A program made the translations under genes and the position numbers. A stretch of 64,000 nucleotides of DNA, taken from assembly GCA_024641665.1 (NCBI GenBank), contig JAHECP010000009.1, positions 3,038-67,037 of the forward strand, given 5' to 3'. The DNA is from Acidobacteriota bacterium (lineage in GTDB: Bacteria > Acidobacteriota > Vicinamibacteria > Vicinamibacterales > JAHECP01). The notes beneath the pieces are model-generated. The model was given only the letters and a program-made list of their open reading frames with translations. It made no database searches and was not told the origin of the DNA. Positions 45,765-56,760 of the stretch are shown in pieces (position 1 is the stretch's first letter; each line of letters begins with the position of its first letter).

Positions 45765-47987
45765 CTATTCCCGCTTCAACATCAGGCAGCCGAGCGGGGG
45801 CAGCGTCAGGCGCAGCGCGTGGGGCCGCCCGTGGGTGACGATCGGCTCGGTCGAGGCACCGCCGCCGTTGCCCACGTTGCCGCCGCCGTAGATTCCGGCG
45901 TCGCTGTTCAGGATCTCGCGATACCAGCCCGCCTCGGGCACGCCCACCAGGTACCCCTCGCGCGGCACGGGCGTGAAGTTCAGCACGACTACGACGCAGT
46001 CCGCCGGGTCCGTCGCGCGGCGGAGGAACGACACGACGCTGTTCTCGTTGTCGCTGCAGTCGATCCACTCGAAGCCCGCCGGGTCGCCATCCACCTCGTG
46101 GAGCGCCGGCTCACGCCGGTACACCCGGTTGAGGTCCTCCACCCACCGGCGCAGCCCCTCGTGCACCGGCTCGTCGAGCAGGTGCCAGTCGAGGCTCCGG
46201 TCGTGGGCCCACTCGCGCCACTGGCCGAACTCGCTTCCCATGAACATCAGCTTCTTGCCGGGGTGCGCGTACATGAAGCCGTAGAGCGCGCGCAGGTTGG
46301 CGGCCTTCTGCCACACGTCGCCCGGCATCTTGTCGAGCATCGAGCGCTTGCCGTGCACGACCTCGTCGTGCGAGAAGGGCAGCACGAAGTTCTCGGAGAA
46401 GGCGTAGAGCATCGAGAACGTCAGGTGACGGTGCTCCCAGCGACGGTAGATGGGGTCCTTGGAGGCATAGAGCAGGATGTCGTGCATCCAGCCCATGTTC
46501 CACTTGTAGGTGAAGCCGAGGCCGCCCACGTAGGTCGGCCGACTCACGGCGGGGAACGCCGTGGACTCCTCGGCGATCATCACCGAGCCGGGGTGCCGCT
46601 CGTGGGTCAGCGTGTTGAGGTGCCGCAGGAAGTCGATGGCGTCGAGGTTCTCGCGGCCGCCGTACCGGTTGGGCACCCACTCGCCTTCCTTGCGCGAGTA
46701 GTCGAGGTAGAGCATCGACGCGACCGCGTCCACCCGCAGCCCGTCCACGTGGTACTCGTCGAGCCAGAAGAGCGCGTTGGCGAGGAGGAAGTTCCGCACC
46801 TCGTTGCGGCCGTAATTGAAGATGAGCGTGCCCCAGTCCTGTTGCTCGCCCTGCCGCGGGTCCTCGTGCTCGTAGAGCGCGGTGCCGTCGAACCGCGCGA
46901 GGCCGTGCGCGTCCTTCGGGAAGTGGCCCGGCACCCAGTCCAGGATCACGCCCAGGCCGTGGCGGTGGCACTCGTCCACGAAGTGCTTGAAGTCCTCGGG
47001 CGCGCCGTGCCGGCTGGTCGGCGCGTAATAGCCCACCACCTGGTAGCCCCACGACCCCGAGAAGGGGTGCTCCATCACCGGCAGCAGCTCCAGGTGGGTG
47101 TAGCCCTGCTTCTTCGCGTAGGGCACGAGCCGGTCGGCCAGCTCGCGGTAGGTGAGGAACCGGTCGCCCTCGTCGGGCATGCGCGCCCACGAGCCGAGGT
47201 GCACCTCGTACGCGGCCATCGGCGCGCGCAGCCAGCCGCCGCCCGCCGCGCGGCGGTCGAGCCAGTCCCGGTCGCGCCACGCGTAGTCGTCGAGCCGCCG
47301 CACCACGGACGCCGACCGCGGCGGCTGCTCGAAGCCGAACCCGTACGGATCGGCCTTCTGCAGCAGCGCGCCGTTCAGCCGGGATCGGATCTCGAACTTG
47401 TACCGCTCCCCTTCGCCGAGGCCGGGCACGAAGATCTCCCACACGCCGCTCCCGCCGAGCAACCGCATCGCGTGCACGCGCCCGTCCCACCCGTTGAAGT
47501 CGCCGACGACGCTGACGCGCTCGGCGTTGGGGGCCCAGACGGCGAAGTGCACGCCCCGCGCCTCGCCGATGGTCTTCAGGTGCGCGCCGAGATGATCGTA
47601 CGCGCGCAGCAGCGAGCCCTCGCCGAGCAGGTGCAGGTCGAAGTCGCCGACAACGCGGCCGTAGCGGTAGGGATCGTCGATCTCGACGTGGTGGCCGCCG
47701 GGATAAGTCACGCGCAGCCGGTAGTCGAACACGGCCGTCGCGTCGTCGAACACCGCTTCGTAGACGCCGTAGGGGTGACGCCGCGTCATCGGCGCGACCG
47801 CGCCGGTGTCCCGGCGCAGGACCTCCACCTGCTGCGCCGCCGGGTGGCAGGCGCGAATGACGAGGCCGCGCGCGTCGGCGTCCTCTTCGCTGAGGAGGTG
47901 GGGCCCGAGGAGGGCGAAGGGGTCGGAATAGTCGCCGTTGACGTGCGCGTCGATGGCGCGGTCGATCCGGCCGGCTCTCTTGGTCAT
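45765..47987 (-). CDS. glgB: 1,4-alpha-glucan branching enzyme
   Basis: 740 aa. GH13 motifs are [27 protein letters not shown] and IAEESTAFP. The whole length looks like GlgB. Confidence 0.95.
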   Translation of the reverse strand: MTKRAGRIDRAIDAHVNGDYSDPFALLGPHLLSEEDADARGLVIRACHPAAQQVEVLRRDTGAVAPMTRRHPYGVYEAVFDDATAVFDYRLRVTYPGGHHVEIDDPYRYGRVVGDFDLHLLGEGSLLRAYDHLGAHLKTIGEARGVHFAVWAPNAERVSVVGDFNGWDGRVHAMRLLGGSGVWEIFVPGLGEGERYKFEIRSRLNGALLQKADPYGFGFEQPPRSASVVRRLDDYAWRDRDWLDRRAAGGGWLRAPMAAYEVHLGSWARMPDEGDRFLTYRELADRLVPYAKKQGYTHLELLPVMEHPFSGSWGYQVVGYYAPTSRHGAPEDFKHFVDECHRHGLGVILDWVPGHFPKDAHGLARFDGTALYEHEDPRQGEQQDWGTLIFNYGRNEVRNFLLANALFWLDEYHVDGLRVDAVASMLYLDYSRKEGEWVPNRYGGRENLDAIDFLRHLNTLTHERHPGSVMIAEESTAFPAVSRPTYVGGLGFTYKWNMGWMHDILLYASKDPIYRRWEHRHLTFSMLYAFSENFVLPFSHDEVVHGKRSMLDKMPGDVWQKAANLRALYGFMYAHPGKKLMFMGSEFGQWREWAHDRSLDWHLLDEPVHEGLRRWVEDLNRVYRREPALHEVDGDPAGFEWIDCSDNENSVVSFLRRATDPADCVVVVLNFTPVPREGYLVGVPEAGWYREILNSDAGIYGGGNVGNGGGASTEPIVTHGRPHALRLTLPPLGCLMLKRE

Positions 47988-48147
47988 CTTTCCCTTTGTG
48001 CGCGAGGAATCCTCCTACCAGCCTATCGGCCGGTTGCGGGGAGGGTCAAGTCGTGCCGATTGCCCGCCTTCGCGCGCCGGCACTCGCCGCGCTTCGGCGA
48101 GGCAGGCCGACTGCCGATTGAAAGGCGTGGCGTCACGAGGCTGAACG

Positions 48148-50865
48148 CTACTCGCAGCGGAGCGCGACCACGGGGTCGATCTTCGCCGCGCGGCGCGCCG
48201 GCACCCACGACGCGACGGCGGCGACTACCGCGAACAGCACGGCCGCCAGGAAGTAGGTGGCCGGGTCGAGCGGAGTGAGACCGTAGAGCAGGCTCGCCAG
48301 CGACCGCGCCCCCACGGTCGCCGCCGCGAGGCCGGCGCCGACGCCGATGGCCGTCATGATCAGGCTCTGCGACAGAACGAGGGCAACCACGCGGCCCCGC
48401 CGGGCGCCGAGTGCCAGCCGGATGCCGATCTCGCGCGTGCGCTGCGCGACCGCGTAGGCCAGCAGGGCGAAAATCCCGATCGCTGCCAGCGTCACCGCGA
48501 CCGCCGCGAAGATGGCGACGAGGACGGCGTACATATGCGGCCGCGCGATCGTCGCGGCCACAATCCGGTCCATCGGGGCGACATTGAGCGCCCGGGCCTG
48601 CGCGTCGAGGTCGCGGACGAGACGGCGCACGTCGGCGACGAGGGTCGCGGGATGGCCGGAAGTCCGGACTACGAAGTACGGCCCGAGGGGAAACGGCGGA
48701 AGGCCGAGGGCGGAGGCCTGGCGAAAGTCGATGAAGATCTGCGGCTCCGGCGGCCGATCGAGGCCGAACTCGCGCACGTCGTCGACGATGCCGGCGATCT
48801 GCCAGGGCTCGGCGTCGCTGCCCAGATAGACGCTTTGGCCGACCGGTTCCTCGCCAGCGAAGTCACGGTGCGCGAGCGTCTCGTTGACGAGCAGCACCCG
48901 CGGCCGGCCGGGGCCGTCGCCGTCGCCGAACCCGCGGCCGTCGATCACACGCACGCCCATCGTCTTCAGGTAGTCGCGGCTGACGAGGCGGATGTCCGGA
49001 GGCGATGCCGAGGGCGCGGCCGGCGCCGCCGGTGCGGTCCGGAGCGGAAGGCTGTCGACCAGCTGCACGAGCGGCAGCTGCCGCGCGAAGCCGGCGGCCG
49101 CGACCCCAGGGATCCCGCGGAGCCGCGCCACGAGGCGCTCGGCGAACGCCTGCACGCGGGCATCCGGGTAGAGGTCTCCGGGCGTGGCGACCTGGAACGT
49201 GAGGACATTGGACGGGTCGTACCCGAGATCGACCGCGGCCAGCGCGACGAAGCTGTGCACGAGCAGGCCGGCGTCGACGAGCAGCGTCGTGGCGAGCACG
49301 ATCTGCGCCGCCACCAGCGATCCGCGGGCGCCCCGCGGCCGCACGCGCAGGAGTCCCGGCCCGGTGGCCGCCCGGGACTCGCGCAGCGCGTTCATCCGCG
49401 CCGGACGGGACGCGCGAAGGGCCGACCCGACCCCGACAAGCAGCCCCGCGACGATCGACGTGGCGACGGCGAAGAGCAGCGCGGCGCCGTCGACGCCCAC
49501 CTCGTCCAGCCTGGGCAGCGAGACGCCGCCGCCCAGGTCGATGCGCGACAGCGCGGCCGCGAGCGTCCGCAGGAGCTCGACGCCGCCGATCGCCAGAACG
49601 GTCCCCGCGAGGCCGCCGGCGAGCGACAGCATCACGCTCTCGGCCAGCAGGTGCCGGATGACGCGGCCGCGGCCGGCGCCGAGCGCGAGCCGCACCGCGA
49701 TCTCGCGCTGCCGGCCCGCCGTCCGCGCGAGCAGGAGGCTGGCGACGTTCGCGCAGGCGATGAGCAGCACGCACGCCGCCGCGACCGCGAGGACGATCAG
49801 CGCGGGCCGCACCGGCGCCACCAGGTCGTCCTGCAGCCGGACGAGCGTGACGCGCACCGGCGGCGCGGCGTCCGATTTCTGCGGGTCACGACCGCGGGCC
49901 CTCGACAGGATGGAGCCGGCTTCGGCTTCTGCCGCGTCGATCGACGCGCCCTTGGCGAGGCGCGCAATCGCGAACGCCCGCTGGGCCGCGCCGAAGCGGG
50001 AGGGAATCCAGGCCCGCGTCCGGCCGTCCGGGAAGTGGAAGGCCGGCGGCATGACGCCGACGATCGTGTACGCCTGGTTCGGCCTGGATGCGCCCAGCAG
50101 CGGCTGCAGGCTCACCGGCTGCCCGATGACGCGCGGATCGCCGCCGAAGTGCGCCTGCCAGAGGTCGTAGCCGATGACGACCACCTGGTCCGCGCCCGGT
50201 GCGCCGTCCTGCGGCTCGAACAGGCGGCCGGCGAGCGGCCGCACGCCCAGCGTGCCGAACACGGCCGGCGACACCGCAGCCGCCATGAAGCGCACCGCTT
50301 CGTCTGGCGCGCGCATGATCAGCACCGACAGGCCGTAGCCGGCCGTCTGCGACAACGTGCGGCTGTCCTGGAGGGCGTCGAGGTCGGCGCCGGTGAAGAC
50401 CACCCGCCGCTGCGGCTGGCCATCGCGGGTCTCGCTTCCCGGCACCTGCTCGACCAGGCGGACGAGCCTGTCGGCGTCTGCGTACGGCAGCGGGCGCAGG
50501 AGGACCGCGTTCACGACGCTGAAGATGGCCGTGTCGGCCCCGATGCCGAGCGCCAGCGTCAGCACCACGACCAGCGCGAAGCCGGGACTCCGGGCGAGGC
50601 TGCGCGCGGCGTGCCGCACGTCCTGCCGCAGTGCCTCGAGCCACACGAACGATCGCTCGTCCCGCTGGCACTCCTTCGCCTGCTCGACGCCGCCAAACGC
50701 GCGTCGCGCGGCGGCGCGCGCCTCGTCTGCCGGCAGGCCGCGGCGCCGGAAGTCCTCCTCGATCAGCGACAGGTGCGCCTCGACCTCACGGGCCAGCTCC
50801 CGCTCGGCGCGTCCGGGCCGGAGGAAGCGATCGAGGCGGAGCCAGAACCGCCGCCAGCGCCACAT
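48148..50865 (-). CDS. ADOP-type (duplicated FtsX/MacB-like) ABC transporter permease
   Basis: 905 aa. The N-terminus is [57 protein letters not shown]. Two FtsX modules are present. It lies directly downstream of the PadR gene. Confidence 0.9.
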   Translation of the reverse strand: MWRWRRFWLRLDRFLRPGRAERELAREVEAHLSLIEEDFRRRGLPADEARAAARRAFGGVEQAKECQRDERSFVWLEALRQDVRHAARSLARSPGFALVVVLTLALGIGADTAIFSVVNAVLLRPLPYADADRLVRLVEQVPGSETRDGQPQRRVVFTGADLDALQDSRTLSQTAGYGLSVLIMRAPDEAVRFMAAAVSPAVFGTLGVRPLAGRLFEPQDGAPGADQVVVIGYDLWQAHFGGDPRVIGQPVSLQPLLGASRPNQAYTIVGVMPPAFHFPDGRTRAWIPSRFGAAQRAFAIARLAKGASIDAAEAEAGSILSRARGRDPQKSDAAPPVRVTLVRLQDDLVAPVRPALIVLAVAAACVLLIACANVASLLLARTAGRQREIAVRLALGAGRGRVIRHLLAESVMLSLAGGLAGTVLAIGGVELLRTLAAALSRIDLGGGVSLPRLDEVGVDGAALLFAVATSIVAGLLVGVGSALRASRPARMNALRESRAATGPGLLRVRPRGARGSLVAAQIVLATTLLVDAGLLVHSFVALAAVDLGYDPSNVLTFQVATPGDLYPDARVQAFAERLVARLRGIPGVAAAGFARQLPLVQLVDSLPLRTAPAAPAAPSASPPDIRLVSRDYLKTMGVRVIDGRGFGDGDGPGRPRVLLVNETLAHRDFAGEEPVGQSVYLGSDAEPWQIAGIVDDVREFGLDRPPEPQIFIDFRQASALGLPPFPLGPYFVVRTSGHPATLVADVRRLVRDLDAQARALNVAPMDRIVAATIARPHMYAVLVAIFAAVAVTLAAIGIFALLAYAVAQRTREIGIRLALGARRGRVVALVLSQSLIMTAIGVGAGLAAATVGARSLASLLYGLTPLDPATYFLAAVLFAVVAAVASWVPARRAAKIDPVVALRCE

Positions 50866-50869
50866 CGGC

Positions 50870-51217
50870 TCACGACTCCCTGGGCAGCAGCTTGTCGATG
50901 AGGCCGACCAGGCGGCGCCACCGCTCCGTCTCGCGCCCGAGGGCCCGTTCGCCGGCTCTGGAAATGGCGTAGTACTTCGCCTCGCGGTGGCTCTCGGTCG
51001 TGCGCCAGGTCCCCTTGATCCACCCTTTCTGCTCGAGGCGCACCAGCGCGGGGTACAGCGTGCCCTGGTTGAGGGTGAAGGGCTGGTCGGCGACCTGCTC
51101 GAGGCGGGCGGCGAGGCCGTAGGCGTGCTGCGGCCCCATGGCGGTCAGGGCGCGCAGGACGATCAGGTCGAGGGTCCCCTGCAGCAGCGCCACGCGCGTC
51201 GCGTCCCCACTTGGCAT
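50870..51217 (-). CDS. PadR-family transcriptional regulator
   Basis: [59 protein letters not shown] is a canonical PadR winged helix. Confidence 0.9.
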   Translation of the reverse strand: MPSGDATRVALLQGTLDLIVLRALTAMGPQHAYGLAARLEQVADQPFTLNQGTLYPALVRLEQKGWIKGTWRTTESHREAKYYAISRAGERALGRETERWRRLVGLIDKLLPRES

Positions 51218-51218
51218 A

Positions 51219-51248
51219 CCAGTGGAAGGGTGTCACGCGGTCCACTGG
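51219..51248. promoter_or_regulatory. 7-bp inverted repeat CCAGTGG-N16-CCACTGG in the PadR / collagen-like divergent intergenic region; candidate operator
   Basis: ccagtgg (51219-51225) and ccactgg (51242-51248) are exact reverse complements. The repeat abuts the PadR start codon (51217). Confidence 0.35.
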
Positions 51249-51302
51249 GCTGTCAAGGAGCGATCACGGTGTTTTGTTGCGTCAGCCAAGGAGGAGCGAC
51301 TC

Positions 51303-52163
51303 ATGGCGACATCATGCATTCCATCACGGTTGGGAGTGGCCGTGGCCATCGTGGCCGGGCTGGTCGTCGGATGGGCTGCACCGCTCTCTGCGCAGATTCC
51401 CGCAGGCAACGGTGTCATCTACGCTTGCGTACGGATGGATCGCGATCACGACGAGGGCAAGCTCGTGCGTCTGGTCGCTGCGAATGAGACGTGCAGACGG
51501 AACGAGGTTCGCATCCACTGGAACATCGCTGGCCTGCCGGGGCCGGCGGGTCCGGCCGGATCGACGGGTGCGACGGGACCTGCCGGTGCGACTGGTCCCC
51601 AAGGGCTGCAGGGGCTTCAGGGCGAACCGGGACCTTTGGGTCCAACAGGGCCGAAGGGCGATCCCGGGGATGCCGGCTCAGGCGGCGGAATTCGAATCAC
51701 GGACGCGAACGGCACGTACATCGGGAACTTCGCCGGAGGCTACTACTCGCCAATCGGCGGCGACTGGATCACGCTCGCGACCCGAGAGGACAATGGCGTG
51801 ACGTTCGTCATAAGGTTGGCAGTCGATTACGTGCTGGGACCTGACCCCGACCCCGTGCACGATCTGCACTTCTATGACACGGTCTGGTTCCTCGATTCGG
51901 AGTGCTCAGCCACACCTTATGTCGTCAACTCCAACGAGGCCACGAAGTCGGCAGTCCCTCCGGTCAACCTCGAAGGGGAGACGCTGGTCTACTACCCCGT
52001 CGCATCAGTCGACATCGATCCGTTCGTGACTCCCATTTACCACTGGATGGACCAGCGGGTGGGCCCTCCGGCCTGCACGATGGGCTTTTCCGGCGGGCTC
52101 TTTCTCGAGGCACGCGTGCCCAACCTGGGCGTGCTCGTGCCACCGTTCGGCTTCGCCCGCTGA
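51303..52163 (+). CDS. Secreted collagen-like (Gly-X-Y) repeat protein
   Basis: ORF-track 51138..52163 trimmed to ATG 51303 (AAGGAGGAG SD). The signal-like sequence is [20 protein letters not shown]. There is an uninterrupted G-X-Y run, [49 protein letters not shown]. Confidence 0.75.
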   Translation: MATSCIPSRLGVAVAIVAGLVVGWAAPLSAQIPAGNGVIYACVRMDRDHDEGKLVRLVAANETCRRNEVRIHWNIAGLPGPAGPAGSTGATGPAGATGPQGLQGLQGEPGPLGPTGPKGDPGDAGSGGGIRITDANGTYIGNFAGGYYSPIGGDWITLATREDNGVTFVIRLAVDYVLGPDPDPVHDLHFYDTVWFLDSECSATPYVVNSNEATKSAVPPVNLEGETLVYYPVASVDIDPFVTPIYHWMDQRVGPPACTMGFSGGLFLEARVPNLGVLVPPFGFAR

Positions 52164-52346
52164 TTCGGGACCGCGATGTCCTGGTTTTGAGGTGATATAG
52201 CAGAACGCGCGTGTGCCCCAGTGGGGCGTCAGGCTTGCGAGGTCGAGCCGCACGGGCACGTGCTCGACTGGGCTGTCAAGTGGGGAGCTGCAGGACTCGC
52301 GCGGCCCCGTCGGCGGGCCGCCGGGCCGCCCGGGTCCCGCGGGGCG

Positions 52347-53009
52347 CTAGCCGGGCCGCGCGAAGAGCACGGACAGCAGGCGGGGCGGCGCGTCGGGAGG
52401 TGCGCCCGGCTCGGTCCACTCGCCCAGATGGCGAAGGACGAAGCCGGCGCCGATCCCGCCGTTCACGAACTCGGCGACCGTGTGCCGATGGGCCGCCACG
52501 CGGCGCGTGCCGCCGGTGGCCGGATCGACGAACTCCGCCTGACGGCCGGCGCGCTGGCGGTCGGGGTGCAGCTCGCAGAGGAACAGCTGCCCGTCCCGTC
52601 GCAGCACGCGCGCCGCCTCGCCGTAGACCGGCGTCAGGTCCCGCACGTGCTCGAGCACCAGGTTGCCGACGACCACGTCCACGGCGTCGTCGGCGACCGG
52701 CCATGGCTCGCGCACGTCGTGGCGGACGAACGTCACCGGCCCAGCCGGCACCCGCGTCCGGGCCCGCGCGAGCATGGCGGGCGAGAAGTCGAGGGCGATG
52801 ACCGACCGGGCCTGGACGGCCAGCCACGTCGTGTTCTTCCCCGTGCCGCAACCGATCTCGAGCACGTCGAGGCCGGTGACGGCGAGGCCGACCCGCCGGA
52901 CGACCTCGGCGTCGAGATCGCGCGTCAGGTTGCGGTCCAGGTCGTAGGTCCCGGCCCAGGCGTCGTACGCGCCCGCCACCTCGTCGGGCGGCCCGGAATC
53001 GTCGCACAC
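52347..53009 (-). CDS. Class I SAM-dependent methyltransferase
   Basis: ORF-track 52347..53126; I prefer GTG 53009, preceded by GGAGGAGG. Motif I is VLEIGCGTGKNTTWLA. Confidence 0.8.
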   Translation of the reverse strand: MCDDSGPPDEVAGAYDAWAGTYDLDRNLTRDLDAEVVRRVGLAVTGLDVLEIGCGTGKNTTWLAVQARSVIALDFSPAMLARARTRVPAGPVTFVRHDVREPWPVADDAVDVVVGNLVLEHVRDLTPVYGEAARVLRRDGQLFLCELHPDRQRAGRQAEFVDPATGGTRRVAAHRHTVAEFVNGGIGAGFVLRHLGEWTEPGAPPDAPPRLLSVLFARPG

Positions 53010-53236
53010 GGGTCCTCCTCCGCAGGCAGGGAGCCATCGCGCGCCCGCCCGCACGTGGTCCTGCCGGACGTGTAAGATCAAGGCCAACCCGAGCTTACCG
53101 GAAAAGGCCGAAGAACGCCGCCCCACGTGTCGATCCGGCCGCCGCCCGTTCGACTGACGAGCAGAGGGCGGATCGCGGCGCGTCGGGACTGTCCGGACAC
53201 AACGCCGACCCGCGAGATCAGGAGGAGACGGAGACC

Positions 53237-53662
53237 ATGCGATTCATGATGCTCATGGTCCCCAAGGGCTACGAGCAGACCGCGCCCGGCACGGTGCCCG
53301 ACGCCAAGGCCGTGGCGGCGATGATGAAGTACAACGAGGCGCTGCAGAAGGCCGGCGTGCTCGTGACCCTCGACGGCCTGCACCCGCCGTCGATGGGCGC
53401 GCGCGTGTCGTTCGCCGGCGGCAAGCCGACCGTGACCGACGGTCCCTTCGCCGAGGCGAAGGAGGTCATCGACGGCTACTGGATGATCCAGGTGGCGTCG
53501 AGGGACGAGGCGATCGCGTGGGCGACGCGCTGCCCGGCATCGAACAACGAGGTGACCGAGATCCGCCAGGTGCAGGAGATGGCGGACTTCCCCGCCGACG
53601 TGCAGGCCGCCGCGGCCGGCTTCTCCGAGATGCGGGGGCCGGGCGCGCCGCGCAAGGGCTAG
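53237..53662 (+). CDS. YCII-related (DGPF-motif) protein
   Basis: MRFMMLMVPKGYE...VTDGPFAEAKEVIDGYWMIQVASRDEAIAWA is a typical YCII/DGPF-family sequence. Confidence 0.85.
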   Translation: MRFMMLMVPKGYEQTAPGTVPDAKAVAAMMKYNEALQKAGVLVTLDGLHPPSMGARVSFAGGKPTVTDGPFAEAKEVIDGYWMIQVASRDEAIAWATRCPASNNEVTEIRQVQEMADFPADVQAAAAGFSEMRGPGAPRKG

Positions 53663-53693
53663 GCGCGCGCGGCGGCGAGGTGCCGGCGCGGCG

Positions 53694-56264
53694 TCAGAAC
53701 TTGAACCGCGCCGAGAGCTGCAGCTCGCGCGGCGCCTGGGCACTCACCGGCTGCTCGAAGAAGGGCGAGCCGACGGTGCCGACGTAGGTGGCGTAGTTCA
53801 CCCGGTTGAGCAGGTTGAACGCGTCGACGCCCACGCTGACCGTCCTGGCGCCCTCGCCTGCGCCGAACGTGAAGTCGCGCGACACGCGCACGTCGAGGTC
53901 GGCGTAGCCGGCCCGCTGCAGCGTGTTGCGCGCGACGCCGGCCGGCCGGGCGTTTCCTCGCCCGTTGTTGTACGGATCGGTGCCCAGCGTCTCGCTGTAC
54001 GGCAGGCCGCTCTCGAGCGTCAGCGCGACGCCGAGGCTCACCTTCCGTCCCGGTGTCACGCTGCCGAGCAGCAGCAGGCGGTGGCGGCGGTCGAAGTCGG
54101 CGCGGGCCCATTCGCCCGACAGGTCGTAGTCGTTGGCCGGATACCAGTTCAGGCCGCCCGAGTCGTTGAGCGTCCGGCTGAGCGCGTACTGGACCTGCCC
54201 GTTGAACCACTTCGCGATCCGGCCGCGGAAGGTGAGCTGCAGGGAATCGCTACGCTGCCGGGCGTTCGACTCGATCTGCCTGACCACGCCGAGCGCCGGA
54301 TCGGGCCGGGTGATGTAGAGCGGCGACTGCGGCGCGTTGATGTCGTGCGAGCGGAACAGCGTCCCCCTCGACCCGTAGTACATGATCGACAGCGTCGCCG
54401 TCTTCAGCAGCTGGCGCTCCACGCCCGCGCTGTACTGCAGCACCCACGGCACCTGGATGCCGGGCGCGAACCGGGCCGTGCTCGGCGGCGCGACCTCGGC
54501 GGACGCTCCCGACTGGAACGGGTTCGGATACGCCGGGTTGGTGATCACGATCCGCTGGAGCCCGCCCGGCCGGAAGTCCAGGACGTCGACGACCGGGAAC
54601 GGGCCCACCTTGTCGTTGAACAGCCCCGCGCCCCCGCGAACGATCGTGGCGCCGGTGCCGCCCGGCTTGACGGCAAACGAGAAGCGCGGCGCGAACGTGT
54701 CGTGGTCGTGGAAGTAGTTCGACCAGTCGTAGCGCAGGCCGAGCGACAGCGTGGCGCGCGGCCCCAGCTGCCAGTCGTCGTTGACGTAGAAGCCGAGCAC
54801 CTTCTCGAGCCACACCACGTGGCCGTTGCCCGTCTGCTGCACGTAGGCGTAGGGGCGGCCCGCCTCGTACGACGCCAGGTCCGCGAAGTAGTAGGTGCCG
54901 CCGAAGCCGCTGTGATCGTCGAAGCGGCGCCGGCTCCAGTCCGGCACCTGGAACCCCATCTGCAGCAGGTGCCGGCCGAGCGTCGCGGCGACGTTCTCCG
55001 ACAGCTGGAAGTGGAGCTCGGTGCGCCGCACGTCGACCTGCGCGCCGCCGCCGGTGAACGCGCCGTTCACCACCACCCCGGGCGCATCCGACACGCTCGT
55101 CATCGGCTCCAGCTCCTGCCCGACGAGAATCTGGAACTGGTTCAGCAGCGTGGGGCGGATGACGGTCTGCTGGTTGTAGGTGAGGTCCATCTCCCGGTGG
55201 TAGTACGTCGTGCCCGCGGACCCGAGCGTCGTCCCGCCCACGCCGCGATACGCGTCGGTCTCCTGCTCGTAGGACGGACGGATCGAGATCGTCGACGCCC
55301 CGCGCTGGTGCGTAACGCCGAACGACGCCAGCAGGTGCCGGAACGACTGCGGCACGGCGTCCCGAATGTCGCCCTGCGGGCCCAGCGCGTACACGATCGC
55401 CTGCCGGTCCTCGCTGTCGGCCTTGACCGACAGCATGAACGACGTGTTGCCGCCGTGGCCCAGCGGCCCGCCCAGGAACCCGTCGCCGATGCGCCGCTGC
55501 TCGGGCGGCTTGACCGTCGCGAAGGCGTTCCGCGCGTTCAGGCCCGCGTCGCGGAAGATGAAGCTCGCGCTCCCGTGGTACGTCTGGGACCCCGGCTTCG
55601 TGAGGATGTCGATCCGCCCGCGGCCGGGCCGCGAGTAGGCGGCCGAGTACGGATCCTGGTTGATCTTGATCTGCTGGATCGCCGCCGTGCTGACGTTGAG
55701 GCTGTTCACTTCCATCCCGTTGACCAGGATGGTGACGCCGCCCGTCCCGAGCGACCCGCTGTCGAGGAACCGCGACAGCGTCGCCACCGCGTCGTCGTCG
55801 AAGACCGGGAGGCTCTCGAGCGCGCGCTGGTTGACCGTCACCGTGTCCGCGTTCGCGGCCGCGCCCGTCCCGACCTGCGGCGTCTGGCTGGTCACGGTGA
55901 TCTCCTGATGCACCGCGGCCAGCGCCAGCGTGATCCGCAGGGGCTCGACGCCGCGGGCGCCGACGTTCACCGCCACGGTCTGAGGCCGGAAACCGTCGAG
56001 CGTCACCCGGATCTCGTAGCGTCCGGGGCGAACCGGACCCACCGTGAAGGTGCCGGTCGCGCTCGTGGTCACCGACTGGAGCACGCCGCCCGAGGCGCTC
56101 GTCAGCCGCACCCGCGCGGACGGCAGCACCGCGCCGGTCGCGTCGACGACGACGCCGGAGATCGGGGGCGCCGGACGCGGCTGCGCCGACGCGATCCCTC
56201 CCCATGCCGCGATCAGCAGGATCGAGAGCGCCGCCGACTGGCGCACCGGTCGGACTCTGCGCAT
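53694..56264 (-). CDS. TonB-dependent receptor-like outer-membrane protein with an N-terminal CarboxypepD_reg domain
   Basis: Signal peptide ALSILLIAAWGGIASAQ. ISGVVVDATGAVLPSARVRLTS...VRPGRYEIRVTLDGF is the CarboxypepD_reg domain. A long barrel ends in LQLSARFKF. Confidence 0.9.
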   Translation of the reverse strand: MRRVRPVRQSAALSILLIAAWGGIASAQPRPAPPISGVVVDATGAVLPSARVRLTSASGGVLQSVTTSATGTFTVGPVRPGRYEIRVTLDGFRPQTVAVNVGARGVEPLRITLALAAVHQEITVTSQTPQVGTGAAANADTVTVNQRALESLPVFDDDAVATLSRFLDSGSLGTGGVTILVNGMEVNSLNVSTAAIQQIKINQDPYSAAYSRPGRGRIDILTKPGSQTYHGSASFIFRDAGLNARNAFATVKPPEQRRIGDGFLGGPLGHGGNTSFMLSVKADSEDRQAIVYALGPQGDIRDAVPQSFRHLLASFGVTHQRGASTISIRPSYEQETDAYRGVGGTTLGSAGTTYYHREMDLTYNQQTVIRPTLLNQFQILVGQELEPMTSVSDAPGVVVNGAFTGGGAQVDVRRTELHFQLSENVAATLGRHLLQMGFQVPDWSRRRFDDHSGFGGTYYFADLASYEAGRPYAYVQQTGNGHVVWLEKVLGFYVNDDWQLGPRATLSLGLRYDWSNYFHDHDTFAPRFSFAVKPGGTGATIVRGGAGLFNDKVGPFPVVDVLDFRPGGLQRIVITNPAYPNPFQSGASAEVAPPSTARFAPGIQVPWVLQYSAGVERQLLKTATLSIMYYGSRGTLFRSHDINAPQSPLYITRPDPALGVVRQIESNARQRSDSLQLTFRGRIAKWFNGQVQYALSRTLNDSGGLNWYPANDYDLSGEWARADFDRRHRLLLLGSVTPGRKVSLGVALTLESGLPYSETLGTDPYNNGRGNARPAGVARNTLQRAGYADLDVRVSRDFTFGAGEGARTVSVGVDAFNLLNRVNYATYVGTVGSPFFEQPVSAQAPRELQLSARFKF

Positions 56265-56426
56265 GCTCGCCCCGTACGGGCGGTCTCCACTCCCTCCAAC
56301 GGCCGAAACGCGAGTATAGCGGGGCGAAGATGAACGGGAGATGAATGAGGCATTGCCGATTGCCGATTGAAGAGCGTTCGGATCACGCGGGTCCCGCGTG
56401 TCATGATGGGCCTCTGGAGGCCCACA

Positions 56427-56760
56427 GTGAACAGGCTCATGGCCGCGGCGTTGCTCGCTGTGGCAACGGTCGCGTATGGGTCACCGGCCGGCCGCTTGGG
56501 AACCGACGCCGCGCGTGAGGCTGTCGTGAAGATGGAATGGGATTAGCTCGGCGGCCTGCACGATCGCGCGACGCTCGAGCGCATCCTCGCGGACGACTTC
56601 GTGCACCCGGTGCCGACCGGGGACTTTCTCACCAAGGCGCAGCACATCGCCCGGGCCGTGGCGCACCCCGACCCGCCCGGCCTCCGGCGGCATTTCGACC
56701 AGATGCGCGTCCGCCTCTACGGCAACACGGCCGTCGTCAATGGCCCTGCTCGACACAAAA
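56427..56760 (+). pseudogene. DUF4440/SnoaL-like (NTF2-fold) gene with an in-frame TAG (56544-56546) and loss of its C-terminal end
   Basis: GTG 56427 gives a signal-like MAAALLAVATVAYG, then AAREAVVKMEWD-TAG-LGGLHDRATLERILADDFVHPVPTGDFLTKAQHI...VRLYGNTAVVNG in one frame. Homology-like sequence stops where the low-G+C 24-bp array begins. Confidence 0.55.

Noticed and set aside
41365-56546. Two in-frame TAG codons (41365, 56544) considered as evidence for amber recoding or suppression
   Set aside because: TAG is also the apparent normal stop of several well-supported genes in the window (e.g. the IS66 transposase, the GT4 gene and the 7556-7747 peptide). No Pyl-type context is visible. Pseudogenisation or base-call error is more economical.
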